Positions 18,307 through 30,141 are shown, counted from the first letter of the stretch. The stretch is 64,000 bases of DNA from Sphingobacteriales bacterium (GCA_027486795.1 JAIXOI010000057.1:26896-90895); one strand, 5' to 3'. Made by a program: numbers and translations. Notes: generated from the sequence alone by a model not told the origin.

Positions 18307-18612
18307 ATGACACAAAGGATTCGAATAAAGCTTAAGTCTTACGACCACAATTTGGTAGACAAGTCTGCCGAGAAAATCGTTAAGACGGTAAGAATGTCTG
18401 GTGCTGTAGTTGCCGGCCCCATTCCACTGCCCACCGAGAAGAAAATCTTTACCGTGCTGAAAAGTCCGCACGTAAACAAGACCGCGCGTGAGCAGTTCCA
18501 ATTATGCACTTACAAGCGCCTAATGGATATTTATAGCTCTACTTCTAAAACCATTGATGCCTTAATGAAGCTGGAATTGCCTAGCGGTGTTGAGGTTGAA
18601 ATTAAAGCATAA
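18307..18612 (+). CDS. rpsJ: 30S ribosomal protein S10
   Basis: [21 protein letters not shown]; 101 aa. It follows fusA directly, with no tuf between them. Confidence 0.96.
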   Translation: MTQRIRIKLKSYDHNLVDKSAEKIVKTVRMSGAVVAGPIPLPTEKKIFTVLKSPHVNKTAREQFQLCTYKRLMDIYSSTSKTIDALMKLELPSGVEVEIKA

Positions 18613-18617
18613 GCGCG

Positions 18618-19238
18618 ATGAAAGGATTGATCGGCAAGAAGGTCGGAATGACCAGTATATTCGACGAGAAAGGCAATATCGTACCCGTTACGGTTATTGA
18701 GGCAGGTCCAAACGTAGTTACCCAGGTTCGCACCCAGGAAACCGACGGTTACACCGCGCATCAGTTGTCGTACGGCGATCGTAAGGAGAAGAACACTCCT
18801 GCAGGCCTTAAAGGTCACTTTGCAAAGGCGGATACTACGCCTAAGACCAAAGTGGTTGAGTTTCGCGATTTTGAGTTCGCCAAAGAGCTAGGTGAGAGCG
18901 TAACGCTTGAGCAGTTCCAAGAGGGAGACAAAATTAGTGTAATCGGTATCTCAAAAGGTAAAGGTTTCCAAGGCGTAGTTAAACGTCACGGTTTTAGCGG
19001 TGTGGGTATGCAAACTCACGGTCAGCACAACCGTCAACGTCACGCTGGTTCAATCGGTTCTTCTTCATTCCCAAGCCGTGTATTTCCTGGCACAAGGATG
19101 AGTGGTAGAATGGGTACTGACCGTGTGAAAGTACGTAACTTGAAAGTTGTAAAAATATTATCAGATAAGAACCTGATATTGATCAAAGGCGCAGTGCCTG
19201 GTCACAATGGTTCTTATGTAATCATTGAGAAGAAGTAG
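18618..19238 (+). CDS. rplC: 50S ribosomal protein L3
   Basis: [32 protein letters not shown]. Confidence 0.96.
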   Translation: MKGLIGKKVGMTSIFDEKGNIVPVTVIEAGPNVVTQVRTQETDGYTAHQLSYGDRKEKNTPAGLKGHFAKADTTPKTKVVEFRDFEFAKELGESVTLEQFQEGDKISVIGISKGKGFQGVVKRHGFSGVGMQTHGQHNRQRHAGSIGSSSFPSRVFPGTRMSGRMGTDRVKVRNLKVVKILSDKNLILIKGAVPGHNGSYVIIEKK

Positions 19239-19241
19239 GCC

Positions 19242-19871
19242 ATGAAGATCAAGGTTTTCAATATCGAAGGTAAAGAATCCGGTAAAACGGTTGAGCTACC
19301 AGAAGGTGTGTTCGGCATCGAGCCAAATGAACACGCACTCTATCTTGCTGTAAAGCAGTATATGGCCAACGGCCGTCAAGGTACTCACAAGAGCAAGCAG
19401 CGAAACGAGATTTCTGGTTCAACCAAGAAACTTAAAAAGCAAAAAGGTACAGGTACAGCGCGTGCCGGTAGCATCAAGAGCCCGGTATTCCGCGGTGGTG
19501 GTCGTATTTTTGGTCCACAGCCACGTGATTACAGTTTCAAGCTGAACAAGAAAGTTAAGGACTTAGCACGTAATAGTGCCCTTACCTTGAAGGCACAAAA
19601 CAATGGTATTGTTGTAGTTGAAGATATTACTTTGACTGCTCCAAAATCGAAAGAGTTGATCCGCATTTTGGGCAACTTAGGTGGAACTGGCAAAAAGACC
19701 TTGCTGTGTGTTGCGGAAAACGACAACAACCTCTACCTAAGCAGTCGCAACGTGCCTAAGAGCAAAGTAGCGGTAGCTACCGATATCAATACATATGATA
19801 TCATGAACTCTCAGGTATTGATATTTGCCGAAAGCTCTTTGAAGAATTTAGAAGAAGTATTTACAAAGTAA
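19242..19871 (+). CDS. rplD: 50S ribosomal protein L4
   Basis: 209 aa with KQKGTGTARAGSIKSPVFRGGG, in the S10 operon position. Confidence 0.95.
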   Translation: MKIKVFNIEGKESGKTVELPEGVFGIEPNEHALYLAVKQYMANGRQGTHKSKQRNEISGSTKKLKKQKGTGTARAGSIKSPVFRGGGRIFGPQPRDYSFKLNKKVKDLARNSALTLKAQNNGIVVVEDITLTAPKSKELIRILGNLGGTGKKTLLCVAENDNNLYLSSRNVPKSKVAVATDINTYDIMNSQVLIFAESSLKNLEEVFTK

Positions 19872-19888
19872 TTTAATACCACAAAACG

Positions 19889-20182
19889 ATGGTTGATATA
19901 CTTATAAAACCTATCATCACCGAAAAGATGACGAGTTTGGGCGAAAAGCTCAACCGCTTCGGATTTGTGGTGAACCGTGAGGCCAACAAGGTACAGATTA
20001 AGAAAGCTGTTGAAGCTATGTACGGTGTGAGCGTAAAAGAGGTTAATACCTTAGTTATGCCAGGCAAAGCCAAATCTCGCAACACTAAACGTGGCGTAGT
20101 TAAAGGCATGAAACGTCCGGTGAAAAAAGCCATTGTAACATTGGCTGATGGTGAAACGATTGACTTTTATAGCAACATTTAA
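19889..20182 (+). CDS. rplW: 50S ribosomal protein L23
   Basis: [12 protein letters not shown]...; 97 aa, between rplD and rplB. Confidence 0.94.
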   Translation: MVDILIKPIITEKMTSLGEKLNRFGFVVNREANKVQIKKAVEAMYGVSVKEVNTLVMPGKAKSRNTKRGVVKGMKRPVKKAIVTLADGETIDFYSNI

Positions 20183-20187
20183 GTGAT

Positions 20188-21012
20188 ATGGCACTGAAGA
20201 AATTTAAACCGGTTACTGCGGGTACTCGCCACAAGGTAGGTAACACCTACGCTGAGGTGACAACTGACACTCCTGAGAAGAGCTTGATTGCTCCTATCAA
20301 GAGGACAGGTGGCCGTAATAACCAAGGACGCATGAGCATGCGCTATATCGGTGGTGGCCACAAGCGCCAATATCGTATGGTAGACTTTAAGCGTAATAAG
20401 CACGATGTACCGGCTACTGTAGTATCTATTGAGTACGACCCGAACCGTACGGCATTTATTGCTCTTTTGCATTATGCCGATGGTGAGAAGCGTTACATTT
20501 TGGCTCCTAAAGGCCTAACTGTAGGTGCAACGGTAATGAGCGGCGAGAAGGCTACCCCTGATTTAGGTAATGCAATGTTTCTTCGCGACGTGCCGTTTGG
20601 TACTATCATTTGCAACGTAGAGCTTAACCCAGGACAAGGCGGCACACTAGCTCGCAGTGCTGGCAGCTATGCTCAGTTGGATGCTAAAGACGGTAAGTAC
20701 GCTGTTATTAAATTGCCTTCAGGCGAAACTCGTTTGATTCTGTTGACTTGCTTGGCTACTATCGGTAGCGTTTCAAATCCAGATCACAGTTTGCAGTCGT
20801 ATGGTAAGGCAGGTGCCAAACGTTGGCAAGGTCGTCGTCCGCGTGTTCGTGGTGTAGCCATGAACCCAGTGGATCACCCTATGGGTGGTGGTGAAGGTCG
20901 CTCTTCGGGTGGTCAGCCTAGGTCTCGCAATGGCAGGTATGCAAAAGGTGAGAAAACACGTGATAAGAATAAGGCTTCATCGAAGTTCATCATAAGCAAA
21001 CGTAAGAAATAA
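20188..21012 (+). CDS. rplB: 50S ribosomal protein L2
   Basis: [15 protein letters not shown]..., [18 protein letters not shown]. Confidence 0.97.
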   Translation: MALKKFKPVTAGTRHKVGNTYAEVTTDTPEKSLIAPIKRTGGRNNQGRMSMRYIGGGHKRQYRMVDFKRNKHDVPATVVSIEYDPNRTAFIALLHYADGEKRYILAPKGLTVGATVMSGEKATPDLGNAMFLRDVPFGTIICNVELNPGQGGTLARSAGSYAQLDAKDGKYAVIKLPSGETRLILLTCLATIGSVSNPDHSLQSYGKAGAKRWQGRRPRVRGVAMNPVDHPMGGGEGRSSGGQPRSRNGRYAKGEKTRDKNKASSKFIISKRKK

Positions 21013-21029
21013 GATAAGCGAAAAGCATT

Positions 21030-21296
21030 ATGGCAAGATCAATCAAAAAAGGTCCTTATATAGACCATAAATTGGGCCACAAGGTAGACGTGATGAATGA
21101 CGCGGGTAAAAAAAACGTCATCAAAACATGGTCACGCCGCTCAACTATCAGCCCTGATTTCGTAGGACATACGTTTGCAGTGCACAACGGGAATAAGTTT
21201 ATCCCGGTATATGTAACAGAAAATATGGTGGGTCATAAGTTGGGTGAGTTCGCTCCTACCCGTAACTTCCGTGGTCACACCGCTAAAAAGAAATAA
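21030..21296 (+). CDS. rpsS: 30S ribosomal protein S19
   Basis: [15 protein letters not shown]..., [23 protein letters not shown]. Confidence 0.96.
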   Translation: MARSIKKGPYIDHKLGHKVDVMNDAGKKNVIKTWSRRSTISPDFVGHTFAVHNGNKFIPVYVTENMVGHKLGEFAPTRNFRGHTAKKK

Positions 21297-21299
21297 GGC

Positions 21300-21686
21300 A
21301 TGGAAGCTGTAGCTAAATTGAGAAACTACCCCACTTCGCCGCGCAAGATGCGCTTGGTGGTCGACCTCATCCGTGGTTTGGAGGCCGAGAAGGCGTTGAA
21401 CATTTTGAAGTTCAGCAACAAACACGCATCACGTCCGTTGGAAAAGCTTTTGCTTTCTGCAGTGAGTAACTGGGAACAAAAGAATGATGGCGAGCGTGCT
21501 GAGGATAGCGAGCTTTTTGTAAAGCGTATTTTTGTTGATGAAGGCCGCACGCTTAAGCGCTTCCAGCCAGCACCGCAAGGCCGCGCATACCGTATACGCA
21601 AGCGCTCTAATCATGTAACAGTGATTGTAGACAGTAAGAAGAACATTGGTGTAACGGCTGAAAAAGCTGAAACCGCAAACGCATAA
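21300..21686 (+). CDS. rplV: 50S ribosomal protein L22
   Basis: [22 protein letters not shown]. Confidence 0.95.
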   Translation: MEAVAKLRNYPTSPRKMRLVVDLIRGLEAEKALNILKFSNKHASRPLEKLLLSAVSNWEQKNDGERAEDSELFVKRIFVDEGRTLKRFQPAPQGRAYRIRKRSNHVTVIVDSKKNIGVTAEKAETANA

Positions 21687-21702
21687 TAGAGGATAAAACA
21701 AC

Positions 21703-22494
21703 ATGGGTCAGAAAGTAAATCCAATATCCGCTCGCTTAGGTATCATTCGTGGTTGGGATTCCAACTGGTTTGGCGGAAAAGATTTTGCCGAAAAACTAGT
21801 TGAGGACGAAAAGATTCGCGAGTATCTTAATGCCCGTATCAACAAAGGCGGAATTGCCCGCGTGGTAATTGAGCGTACTTTGAAGCGCGTGACTATTACT
21901 ATTCACACAAGCCGTCCGGGTATTATTATCGGTAAAGGTGGTGGCGAGGTAGACCGTATTAAAGAAGAGTTGAAAAAATTCACTGGTAAGGAAATCGCAA
22001 TTAACATTGCTGAAATCCGTCGCCCGGAATTGGATGCCAACATTGTTGCAGAAACTATTTGCAAGCAGATTGAGGCTCGTATCAGCTACAAGCGTGCTAC
22101 TAAAATGTCAATCGCATCAACCATGCGTATGGGTGCCGAAGGTATCAAAGTAAGGTTGGGTGGTCGTTTGGCCGGTGCCGAGATTGCTCGTAGAGAAGAA
22201 TATAAAGAAGGTCGTACACCTTTGCACACTTTCCGTGCTGACATAGATTATGCATGGAAGGAAGCGCAAACAGTATATGGTAAAATAGGCGTAAAAGTTT
22301 GGATTTGCCGTGGTGAGGTTTTCGGTAAACGTGATCTTACTCCGAATTTAGGCGCAACCAAAGAAGCTACCGGTGGTAGTGGTGGTGGTGGAAACGCACC
22401 TCGTCAACCTCGTCGTGAAGAGGGCGGACGTGGTGGACGTGACCGTGACCGTGGTGGCCGAGGCGGAAACAGCGGTGGCGGAAAACGCAACTGA
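21703..22494 (+). CDS. rpsC: 30S ribosomal protein S3, with a C-terminal Gly/Arg-rich tail
   Basis: [23 protein letters not shown], a KH domain, and a tail of [40 protein letters not shown]. Confidence 0.96.
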   Translation: MGQKVNPISARLGIIRGWDSNWFGGKDFAEKLVEDEKIREYLNARINKGGIARVVIERTLKRVTITIHTSRPGIIIGKGGGEVDRIKEELKKFTGKEIAINIAEIRRPELDANIVAETICKQIEARISYKRATKMSIASTMRMGAEGIKVRLGGRLAGAEIARREEYKEGRTPLHTFRADIDYAWKEAQTVYGKIGVKVWICRGEVFGKRDLTPNLGATKEATGGSGGGGNAPRQPRREEGGRGGRDRDRGGRGGNSGGGKRN

Positions 22495-22541
22495 TAATCC
22501 AAATAGAATTTTTTTTAAAAGAATAGATAAAGCGTAGCACA

Positions 22542-22961
22542 ATGTTACAACCTAAGCGCACCAAATACAGGAGAATGCAGAAAGGCCGCATGAAGGGTGA
22601 TGCCCTGCGTGGCAGCACAATTGCTTTCGGCTCTTTCGCTCTTAAAGCTGTAGAAGGTACTTGGATTACGAATCGCCAAATTGAGGCCGCCCGTATTGCA
22701 GTTACCAGGTTTATGAAAAGGGAAGGACAGGTTTGGATTAGAATTTTTCCTGACAAGCCTATCACCAAGAAGCCAGCCGAAGTAAGGATGGGTAAAGGTA
22801 AAGGTGCGCCAGAAGGTTGGGTGGCTATTGTTAAGCCAGGCCGTATCATATTCGAGGCTGACGGCGTAGCGCTCGAGGTTGCTCAAGAAGCGCTTCGTTT
22901 GGCTGCCCAGAAGCTACCTATTAAAACAAAATTCATAGTTCGTGCGGACTATGTTGCATAA
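22542..22961 (+). CDS. rplP: 50S ribosomal protein L16
   Basis: [19 protein letters not shown]... Confidence 0.96.
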   Translation: MLQPKRTKYRRMQKGRMKGDALRGSTIAFGSFALKAVEGTWITNRQIEAARIAVTRFMKREGQVWIRIFPDKPITKKPAEVRMGKGKGAPEGWVAIVKPGRIIFEADGVALEVAQEALRLAAQKLPIKTKFIVRADYVA

Positions 22962-22986
22962 CTAACGATTAGAATAAGTTACAGCG

Positions 22987-23199
22987 ATGGCTAAGACTCA
23001 AAAACAAGATTTTAAAGACCTAACTCCGCAAGAATTGCAAGATAAGGTTCAAGAATCGCAGATTGCATATAAAAAGGCTCGTTTCAACCATGCGGTATCA
23101 CCGCTTGACAATCCACTATCTTTGCGTGCTATGCGCCGGGATGTGGCTCGTTTGAAAACAGAGCTTACTGTAAGAACTAAAGCCGAAAAAACGAAGTGA
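22987..23199 (+). CDS. rpmC: 50S ribosomal protein L29
   Basis: 70 aa with [10 protein letters not shown]...[12 protein letters not shown]...[11 protein letters not shown]. Confidence 0.92.
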   Translation: MAKTQKQDFKDLTPQELQDKVQESQIAYKKARFNHAVSPLDNPLSLRAMRRDVARLKTELTVRTKAEKTK

Positions 23200-23459
23200 C
23201 CATGGAAGAAAGGAAACTGCGGAAAACCCGAGTAGGGGTGGTTACCAGCAACAAGATGACCAAAACTATAGCTGTTAAAGTAGAGCGTCAGGTGAAACAC
23301 CCGCTTTATGGAAAAGTTATGAAAAAGTCTAAGAAATTTTTGGCACACGATGAGGCAAGCGATTGCAACATAGGTGATGTGGTTAAAATTGAAGAGACTC
23401 GTCCATTGAGCAAGTTGAAAAAATGGCGTTTAGTAGAAATTATCGAAAGAGCTAAGTAA
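23196..23459 (+). CDS. rpsQ: 30S ribosomal protein S17
   Basis: [32 protein letters not shown]. It overlaps the rpmC stop by 4 nt. Confidence 0.95.
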   Translation: MTMEERKLRKTRVGVVTSNKMTKTIAVKVERQVKHPLYGKVMKKSKKFLAHDEASDCNIGDVVKIEETRPLSKLKKWRLVEIIERAK

Positions 23460-23460
23460 G

Positions 23461-23829
23461 ATGATACAACAAGAATCAAGGCTCAAAGTAGCTGACAATA
23501 GTGGTGCAAAGGAAGTACTTTGTATCCGTGTATTGGGTGGAACCCGTCAACGTTATGCCACCGTAGGTGACAAAATAGTGGTGACCGTAAAGGACGCAAT
23601 TCCATCAGGTACGGTAAAGAAAGGACAAGTTTCCAAGGCTGTGGTAGTTCGCACTAGCCGCACTGTTAGGCGCAAGGATGGATCTTATATCCGTTTTGAC
23701 GAAAACGCTGCTGTGTTGTTGAACAACAACGATGAGCCACGTGGAACTCGTATATTTGGCCCAGTGGCCCGCGAACTGCGCGACGCACAATACATGAAAA
23801 TTATTTCACTAGCGCCTGAAGTACTTTAA
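23461..23829 (+). CDS. rplN: 50S ribosomal protein L14
   Basis: [27 protein letters not shown]. Confidence 0.97.
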   Translation: MIQQESRLKVADNSGAKEVLCIRVLGGTRQRYATVGDKIVVTVKDAIPSGTVKKGQVSKAVVVRTSRTVRRKDGSYIRFDENAAVLLNNNDEPRGTRIFGPVARELRDAQYMKIISLAPEVL

Positions 23830-23840
23830 TAGAAAGCGAG

Positions 23841-24188
23841 ATGAAATCAGGAATTCAAAATAACCGTTTCAGCCCAAAGCTGAAAATTAAGAAGAACGAC
23901 AACGTAGTTGTGTTGGCCGGAAACGATAAAGGCAAGAAAGGCCGTGTTATCGAAGTGATGGTTGACGAAGGCCGCGTATTGGTTGAAGGTGTGCACATTA
24001 TTTCGCGCCACACTAAACCGAATGCTGCTAACCCTAACGGTGGTATCGTTAAGAAAGAAGCTCCTATCCACGTAAGCAACGTAGCGTTGGTTGATCCGAA
24101 AACAGGAGCAGCTACCCGCGTAGGACGCAAAGTGGAGAATGGCAAAATTGTTAGAATCGCAAAAAAATCAGGGGAGGTTATTAAGTAA
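23841..24188 (+). CDS. rplX: 50S ribosomal protein L24
   Basis: [25 protein letters not shown] (KOW motif). Confidence 0.94.
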   Translation: MKSGIQNNRFSPKLKIKKNDNVVVLAGNDKGKKGRVIEVMVDEGRVLVEGVHIISRHTKPNAANPNGGIVKKEAPIHVSNVALVDPKTGAATRVGRKVENGKIVRIAKKSGEVIK

Positions 24189-24736
24189 TGAGCTATACAC
24201 CCAGGTTAAAGAACTTCTACCGTGAAGAGGTAGTTCAAAAGCTAATGAAAGAGTTTAACTATTCTAGCATTATGCAAGTGCCACGTTTGGTGAAAGTGGT
24301 TGTAAACCAAGGTTTGGGAGATGCTACTCAAGACAAAAAAGTTGTTGACGTAGCTATCGAAGAAATCACACTCATAACTGGTCAGCGTGCGGTGCCTACT
24401 AAGGCTCGCAAATCAGAGTCAAACTTTAAGTTGCGTGAGTTTATGCCTATCGGCGCAAAAGTAACCATGCGTGGCGATCAAATGTTTGAATTTGTTGACC
24501 GTTTGATTTCAGTAGCGCTGCCACGTGTGCGAGATTTTAAAGGTATCAACCCTAAGAGCTTTGATGGTCGTGGTAACTATAGCATGGGTATCACTGAACA
24601 AATCATTTTTCCTGAGTTGAATATAGATAAGGTAAACAAAATCAACGGTATGGATGTAACTTTTGTTACTACCGCCAATACTGATAAAGAAGCGTTTGCC
24701 CTTTTGAAAGAACTAGGTTTACCATTCAGAAAATAA
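24188..24736 (+). CDS. rplE: 50S ribosomal protein L5
   Basis: [40 protein letters not shown]. Confidence 0.96.
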   Translation: MSYTPRLKNFYREEVVQKLMKEFNYSSIMQVPRLVKVVVNQGLGDATQDKKVVDVAIEEITLITGQRAVPTKARKSESNFKLREFMPIGAKVTMRGDQMFEFVDRLISVALPRVRDFKGINPKSFDGRGNYSMGITEQIIFPELNIDKVNKINGMDVTFVTTANTDKEAFALLKELGLPFRK

Positions 24737-24751
24737 GCATAAGCATAAACC

Positions 24752-25021
24752 ATGGCAAAAAAATCAATCATAGCCAGAAACGCGAAGCGTGTACGTTTGG
24801 TAGCTAAATACGCAGTAAGAAGAGCTGAAATGAAAGCCGCTGGCGATTATGAAGGCTTGGATAAGCTACCAAAAAATGCATCACCAGTGCGCTTGCGCAA
24901 CCGTTGCAAACTAACTGGTAGGGCTCGTGGATACAGCAGAATGTTCGGTGTATCTCGTACTCCTTTCCGCGATTTGGCTTCTTATGGCAAAATCCCTGGT
25001 TTGACAAAAGCCAGCTGGTAA
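24752..25021 (+). CDS. rpsN: 30S ribosomal protein S14
   Basis: [13 protein letters not shown]...[13 protein letters not shown]...IPGLTKASW; 89 aa. Confidence 0.95.
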   Translation: MAKKSIIARNAKRVRLVAKYAVRRAEMKAAGDYEGLDKLPKNASPVRLRNRCKLTGRARGYSRMFGVSRTPFRDLASYGKIPGLTKASW

Positions 25022-25060
25022 TCAATTAATTGAACAAGCGTCAGTGTAATAATAAAGAAC

Positions 25061-25465
25061 ATGATAACAACTGATCCAATAGCAGACTATCTTACTCGGA
25101 TTCGTAACGCGCAATTGGCCCGTCACAAAATCGTTGAGATTCCAGCATCTAACTTGAAAAAGAAGATGACTGAGCTTTTGTATGACCAAGGTTATATCCT
25201 TAAATATAAATTTGAGGATGTACCAGGCCAACAGGGCGCGATTAAAATCGCATTGAAGTACGATAAGAAATCCGGAGAACCGGTTATCCGCTCCCTTCGC
25301 CGTGTAAGCCGTCCAGGTTTGCGTCACTATGCTGGTAGCAATGATCTACCACGTGTATTGAACGGTTTGGGTATTGCCATCGTTTCAACTTCTCAAGGTA
25401 TAATGACCGTGAAAGAAGCGAAACAACGCAATATTGGTGGTGAAGTGTTGTGTGAAATATATTAA
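25061..25465 (+). CDS. rpsH: 30S ribosomal protein S8
   Basis: DPIADYLTRIRNAQLARHKIVEIPAS. Confidence 0.96.
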   Translation: MITTDPIADYLTRIRNAQLARHKIVEIPASNLKKKMTELLYDQGYILKYKFEDVPGQQGAIKIALKYDKKSGEPVIRSLRRVSRPGLRHYAGSNDLPRVLNGLGIAIVSTSQGIMTVKEAKQRNIGGEVLCEIY

Positions 25466-25486
25466 CAAGATTAAAGCATTACTGAA

Positions 25487-26041
25487 ATGTCACGTATAGG
25501 TAAAGCAACCATCAACCTGCCAAAAGGCGTAGAGGTTACTGTTGGTGAAGAAAATGTCATCAAAGTAAAAGGCCCTAAAGGCGAGTTGTTCGAGAAGTTG
25601 GACGAGCGCATTACGCTTTCTGTTGAAGATGGTGTGTTGACAGTAAAACGCCCGAACGATGAGAAAGAGGTTCGTGCATTGCACGGCTTGTATCGTTCAT
25701 TGGTGAACAACATGGTTATTGGCGTATCAGAGGGATACAAGAAGCAATTGGAATTGGTTGGTGTTGGTTACAAAGCCACTGCTACAGGCCAAAACCTTGA
25801 GTTGGCTGTAGGTTACTCTCACCCAATCATTGTCCAGTTCCCTAAAGAAGTTGCGGTATCTGCTACTATGGAGAAAGGTCAGAATCCAAAAGTATTTTTG
25901 GAGTCTATCGACAAGCAATTGCTTGGTCAAGTGGCAGCTAAAGTACGCTCATTGCGCAAACCAGAGCCATATAAAGGCAAAGGTATACGCTACAATAATG
26001 AATTTATTAGGAGAAAAGCCGGTAAGTCGGCCTCAAAATAA
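25487..26041 (+). CDS. rplF: 50S ribosomal protein L6
   Basis: MSRIGKATINLPKGVEVTV...; 184 aa. Confidence 0.95.
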   Translation: MSRIGKATINLPKGVEVTVGEENVIKVKGPKGELFEKLDERITLSVEDGVLTVKRPNDEKEVRALHGLYRSLVNNMVIGVSEGYKKQLELVGVGYKATATGQNLELAVGYSHPIIVQFPKEVAVSATMEKGQNPKVFLESIDKQLLGQVAAKVRSLRKPEPYKGKGIRYNNEFIRRKAGKSASK

Positions 26042-26061
26042 TCAGGTAAAAGTTAACTGAG

Positions 26062-26421
26062 ATGAATACCAGTAAAAAACTTGTTCGCAGAACAAAAATT
26101 CGCTATCGTATCCGCAAGAAAGCATTGGGTACGGCTGAGCGTCCTAGGTTAGCGGTTTTCCGTAGCAATAAGGAAATATATGCTCAGCTTATCGATGATG
26201 TTGCAGGCCACACCTTGGCTGCCGCTTCAAGTCGCGATGCTGCCATTGCAGGTGCTAAAGCCCCTAAAGTGGAAACTAGCAAAAAGGTTGGTGAAGCGTT
26301 GGCCGAGAAAGCTAAAGCTGCTGGCATTGAAACAGTAACTTTTGACCGTGGCGGTTACCTTTATCATGGCCGTGTTAAGGCTTTGGCTGAAGGTGCTCGT
26401 GAAAAAGGTCTCAATTTCTAA
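26062..26421 (+). CDS. rplR: 50S ribosomal protein L18
   Basis: [20 protein letters not shown]...[26 protein letters not shown]. Confidence 0.95.
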   Translation: MNTSKKLVRRTKIRYRIRKKALGTAERPRLAVFRSNKEIYAQLIDDVAGHTLAAASSRDAAIAGAKAPKVETSKKVGEALAEKAKAAGIETVTFDRGGYLYHGRVKALAEGAREKGLNF

Positions 26422-26445
26422 TAAGAACACTGGAAATAAACAGAT

Positions 26446-26961
26446 ATGTCTGAGAATTTGCATAGAGTAAAAGCCAGCGAGCTTGAATTGAAAGAGAAAG
26501 TGGTTAACATCCGCCGTGTAGCTAAGGTTACTAAAGGCGGCCGTACTTTCAGCTTCTCTGCCATTGTGGTAGTAGGAGACGGTAACGGAATTGTTGGTCA
26601 TGGACTAGGAAAAGCTCGTGAGGTACAAGAAGCCATCGCCAAAGGTATTGACGACGCAAAGAAGAATCTTATCAAGGTTCCTATTCACAAAGGCACCATT
26701 CCTCATGCCGTTAATGGTAAGTTTGGAGCTGGTAAAGTGTTGATTAAACCAGCTTCTGATGGTACAGGTGTACTTGCTGGTGGACCAATGCGTGCCGTGC
26801 TTGAGAGCGCTGGTATTCACAACGTACTTGCAAAATCGCTAGGTACTGGTAATGCGCACAACGTAATTAAGGCGACTATTGCCGGTTTGCAGTTGTTGCG
26901 TGAACCCGCTACCGTTTCGGCCCAGCGCCACATTCCATTAACCAAGGTATTTAAAGGTTAA
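26446..26961 (+). CDS. rpsE: 30S ribosomal protein S5
   Basis: [42 protein letters not shown]. Confidence 0.96.
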   Translation: MSENLHRVKASELELKEKVVNIRRVAKVTKGGRTFSFSAIVVVGDGNGIVGHGLGKAREVQEAIAKGIDDAKKNLIKVPIHKGTIPHAVNGKFGAGKVLIKPASDGTGVLAGGPMRAVLESAGIHNVLAKSLGTGNAHNVIKATIAGLQLLREPATVSAQRHIPLTKVFKG

Positions 26962-26965
26962 GATC

Positions 26966-27145
26966 ATGGCAAAAGTTAAAATTACATTGGTAAAGAGCGG
27001 TATTGACCGCCCGAAAGATCAAAAAGCCACCATTGTGGCCTTAGGATTGAAGAAGTTAAATTCTACAGTAGAAGTTGAAAACACCCCGCAGATTGCTGGG
27101 ATGATCAATAAGGTGAATCACCTGTTAAAAGTTGAGGAGATCTAA
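26966..27145 (+). CDS. rpmD: 50S ribosomal protein L30 (59 aa, below the ORF-track cut-off)
   Basis: Hand translation gives [59 protein letters not shown]. It is in the canonical position between rpsE and rplO. Confidence 0.9.
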   Translation: MAKVKITLVKSGIDRPKDQKATIVALGLKKLNSTVEVENTPQIAGMINKVNHLLKVEEI

Positions 27146-27147
27146 AA

Positions 27148-27594
27148 ATGGATTTGTCAAATTTAAAACCTGCAGAAGGTTCGATAAAAAGCGGTAAACG
27201 TATTGGCCGCGGACAAGGCTCTGGCCGCGGTGGTACTTCAACACGCGGTCACAAAGGTGCTAAATCACGCTCAGGTTACAAAAGTAAACAAGGTTTTGAG
27301 GGCGGTCAAATGCCTATCCAAAGGCGCTTACCTAAATTCGGTTTTACTAATATTAACCGTGTAGAATTTGTACCTTTGAACCTCGATAAGCTTGAATATT
27401 TTGCCGCCGAGTGGAACGTAACTAAAATTGACGTTGAATTACTTCGTGAAAAAGGTATTGTCAGCCGAAATGAAAAAGTTAAAGTTCTAGGTCGTGGTGA
27501 ATTGAAAGCTAAACTAGAAATTGAAGTAAACGCAGCAAGCGACAAGGCTAAGGAAGCTATTGAAAAGGCTGGTGGAAGCGTAAAACTGGTATAA
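27148..27594 (+). CDS. rplO: 50S ribosomal protein L15
   Basis: LSNLKPAEGSIKSGKRIGRGQGSGRGGTSTRGHKGAKSRSG. Confidence 0.95.
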   Translation: MDLSNLKPAEGSIKSGKRIGRGQGSGRGGTSTRGHKGAKSRSGYKSKQGFEGGQMPIQRRLPKFGFTNINRVEFVPLNLDKLEYFAAEWNVTKIDVELLREKGIVSRNEKVKVLGRGELKAKLEIEVNAASDKAKEAIEKAGGSVKLV

Positions 27595-27609
27595 GCACTA
27601 ACAACTAGC

Positions 27610-28959
27610 ATGAAAGGCTTTATAGACACTATTAGAAACATTTGGCATATCGAGGACTTACGTGCTCGCATCCTTACTACTTTAGGGTTTATCCTAATTT
27701 ACAGGGTGGGTTCGTATATAGCGCTACCGGGTATTAACCCAGGGGAGCTGGAGGCTTTGCAACAACAAGGTCAGCAAGGTATGATTGCCATTATTAATAT
27801 TTTTGCAGGTGGTGCCTTTTCAAGGGCATCTATCTTTGCATTAGGTATAATGCCTTACATCTCGGCCTCCATTGTTATTCAACTTCTTACCCTTGCAGTT
27901 CCGTATTTCCAGAAGTTGCAAAAGGAAGGTGAAAGCGGTCGTCGTCAAATCAACCAAATTACTAGGTTCCTAACCGTTATTATCACTTTGTTTCAATCGG
28001 CAGGTTATATTGCAAACCTATATTACACTAGCGGAAGCGCCATTGAGATATCACAAACATTATTTTACCTGTCATCAGCGGTATGCTTGACAGCGGGTAC
28101 CATATTTGTAATGTGGATGGGTGAAAGGATTACAGAGAAAGGTATTGGTAATGGTATATCATTGCTTATAATGATTGGTATAGTGGCCAACTTGCCGCTA
28201 GCACTCGTAAATGAATTGGCTAACCGTACTGAAGGTGGTCAAGGTGGTTTGATTCCGTTTGTGTTGGAGCTTGCTGGCTTGGTTTTCGTGGTTATTGCAG
28301 TTATCTTATTAATACAGGGTACTCGTCGCATACCGGTTCAATATGCAAAGCGCGTGGTAGGAAACCGTCAGTATGGTGGTGTTCGTCAATACATCCCGTT
28401 GAAAATAAATGCAGCAGGCGTAATGCCAATCATTTTTGCGCAAGCATTGATGATGATACCAGCTACATTAGCACAGTTTGCAAACATAGATGCCGGTTCA
28501 TGGTATAATGATCCTACTTCGTTTTGGTACAGCACGCTTAATTTTTTGATGGTAGTATTGTTTACTTACTTCTACACGGCTCTAATCGTTAACCCGGTGC
28601 AGATGGCTGATGAGATGAAGAAAAATGGTGGCTTCATACCGGGTATTAAACCAGGTAGAAAGACCGCTGAGTATATTGACACAATCATGTCTCGTATTAC
28701 ATTGCCTGGTGCTTTGTTTTTAGGCGCTGTTGCTATATTGCCAGGTATCGTAGCGTCATTATTCAAAATGAATATGCAGTTTGCTTACTTCTATGGTGGT
28801 ACATCATTGCTTATCATGGTTGCGGTTATATTAGATACCTTACAACAAATAGAGAGTCACTTATTGATGCGCCATTATGATGGTTTAATGAAGAGTGGCC
28901 GCATAAAAGGACGCGGTACAGCATCGGCTGCTACTGGCGTAAGTGTTCAACAAGGATGA
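27610..28959 (+). CDS. secY: Preprotein translocase subunit SecY
   Basis: 449 aa, about 10 TM segments, with ALGIMPYISASIVIQLL and its position after rplO. Confidence 0.96.
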   Translation: MKGFIDTIRNIWHIEDLRARILTTLGFILIYRVGSYIALPGINPGELEALQQQGQQGMIAIINIFAGGAFSRASIFALGIMPYISASIVIQLLTLAVPYFQKLQKEGESGRRQINQITRFLTVIITLFQSAGYIANLYYTSGSAIEISQTLFYLSSAVCLTAGTIFVMWMGERITEKGIGNGISLLIMIGIVANLPLALVNELANRTEGGQGGLIPFVLELAGLVFVVIAVILLIQGTRRIPVQYAKRVVGNRQYGGVRQYIPLKINAAGVMPIIFAQALMMIPATLAQFANIDAGSWYNDPTSFWYSTLNFLMVVLFTYFYTALIVNPVQMADEMKKNGGFIPGIKPGRKTAEYIDTIMSRITLPGALFLGAVAILPGIVASLFKMNMQFAYFYGGTSLLIMVAVILDTLQQIESHLLMRHYDGLMKSGRIKGRGTASAATGVSVQQG

Positions 28960-29780
28960 TCTATTATAAGTCACAAGAGGAGATAGAGAAGCTGAGGAAA
29001 AGCGCACTGTTGGTTTCCAGGACACTGGCAGAAGTAGCTAAATATATTAAACCTGGAGAAAGTTCTTTGACCTTAGACCGCATAGCGGAAGAATATATTA
29101 GGGATAACGGCGGCAGACCTGCGTTTAAAAATTATAAAGGTTTCCCCTTTTCTCTTTGCATTTCGATGAATGAAACGGTAGTACATGGTTTCCCTAGTAC
29201 CCGCGAGTTGACCGAAACCGATATTATCTCTGTTGATTGCGGTGTTGAAATAGATGGCTATTACGGCGACACTGCTTACACCTTTGCTTTGGCGGGAATA
29301 AACAGTGACACTGAAAAATTGTTGCGCGCTACTAAAACCTCGCTGTATCTTGCAATAGAGCAGGCAGTAGCTGGCAACCGAATAGGAGATATTGGCTTTG
29401 CTATACAAAACTATGTAGAGCGAAACCTTGGACACGGTGTTGTTCGTGAGTTAGTTGGCCACGGTGTTGGTCGCAATTTACACGAAGACCCAGAGGTGCC
29501 CAACTATGGTAAACGTGGCAGCGGATTGAAGTTGCAAGAAGGGTTGGTAATAGCGATAGAGCCGATGGTTAACTTAGGTGTTCGTGGGGTAGTGCAACTG
29601 AAAGATGGTTGGACGATAAACACAGCTGACAGAAAACCATCAGCACACTACGAGTTGATGTTGGCCGTAAGAAAAGGAAGGGCGGATGTGCTTAGCACAT
29701 TTGATTACCTTGAGGCGGAAGAGGAGAAGAATGATAACTTAAGGAAAATTGAAGTAAACCAGGAATTGCTGGTAAGCTAA
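28956..29780 (+). CDS. map: Type I methionine aminopeptidase
   Basis: Metal ligands in context ([26 protein letters not shown]). It overlaps the secY stop by 4 nt, with no adk between. Confidence 0.93.
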   Translation: MIYYKSQEEIEKLRKSALLVSRTLAEVAKYIKPGESSLTLDRIAEEYIRDNGGRPAFKNYKGFPFSLCISMNETVVHGFPSTRELTETDIISVDCGVEIDGYYGDTAYTFALAGINSDTEKLLRATKTSLYLAIEQAVAGNRIGDIGFAIQNYVERNLGHGVVRELVGHGVGRNLHEDPEVPNYGKRGSGLKLQEGLVIAIEPMVNLGVRGVVQLKDGWTINTADRKPSAHYELMLAVRKGRADVLSTFDYLEAEEEKNDNLRKIEVNQELLVS

Positions 29781-29781
29781 T

Positions 29782-30000
29782 ATGGCAAAACAGGACTTAA
29801 TAAAATTGGATGGTATCATCGTGGAAGCGCTCTCGAACGCAATGTTCAGGGTACGCTTAGAAAATGACCACGAAGTGATTTCCCATATTTCAGGTAAAAT
29901 GAGGATGAACTACATCAAAATTTTACCCGGAGATAAAGTGGCACTTGAGATGTCGCCATACGATTTGAGTAAAGGAAGAATAACTTACAGATATAAATAA
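29782..30000 (+). CDS. infA: Translation initiation factor IF-1
   Basis: [53 protein letters not shown]. Confidence 0.96.
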   Translation: MAKQDLIKLDGIIVEALSNAMFRVRLENDHEVISHISGKMRMNYIKILPGDKVALEMSPYDLSKGRITYRYK

Positions 30001-30019
30001 CCAATAGGAGCGTAAGGAA

Positions 30020-30136
30020 ATGAAAGTAAGAGCATCCATCAAAAAGCGTAGCGTCGACTGCAAAATTGTGCGTCGGAAAGGCAGGCTGTACATCATCAAC
30101 AAGAAGAATCCGAAATTCAAACAACGTCAAGGTTAA
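30020..30136 (+). CDS. rpmJ: 50S ribosomal protein L36 (38 aa, below the ORF-track cut-off)
   Basis: Hand translation gives [38 protein letters not shown]. It lies between infA and rpsM. Confidence 0.9.
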   Translation: MKVRASIKKRSVDCKIVRRKGRLYIINKKNPKFKQRQG

Positions 30137-30141
30137 TAATT

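Noticed and set aside
18298-18307. Absence of tuf between fusA and rpsJ, and of adk between secY and map (28956), as possible deletions
   Set aside because: Both arrangements are, to my knowledge, the normal Bacteroidota operon layout. The gene junctions are tight, with no scars.
22370-22494. The Gly/Arg-rich tail of S3 and the Ala/Glu/Lys-rich tail of L17 (32990-33225) as unusual features
   Set aside because: Lineage-specific low-complexity extensions of ribosomal proteins are common. Nothing in the sequence suggests a fusion or frameshift.
22367-22849. 160-aa and 113-aa minus-strand ORFs spanning rpsC/rplP, and the many 60-120-aa antisense ORFs throughout the ribosomal cluster
   Set aside because: They lie opposite unmistakable ribosomal protein genes. 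The His-rich or Thr-rich stretches are the reverse reading of the Gly/Arg-rich S3 tail.
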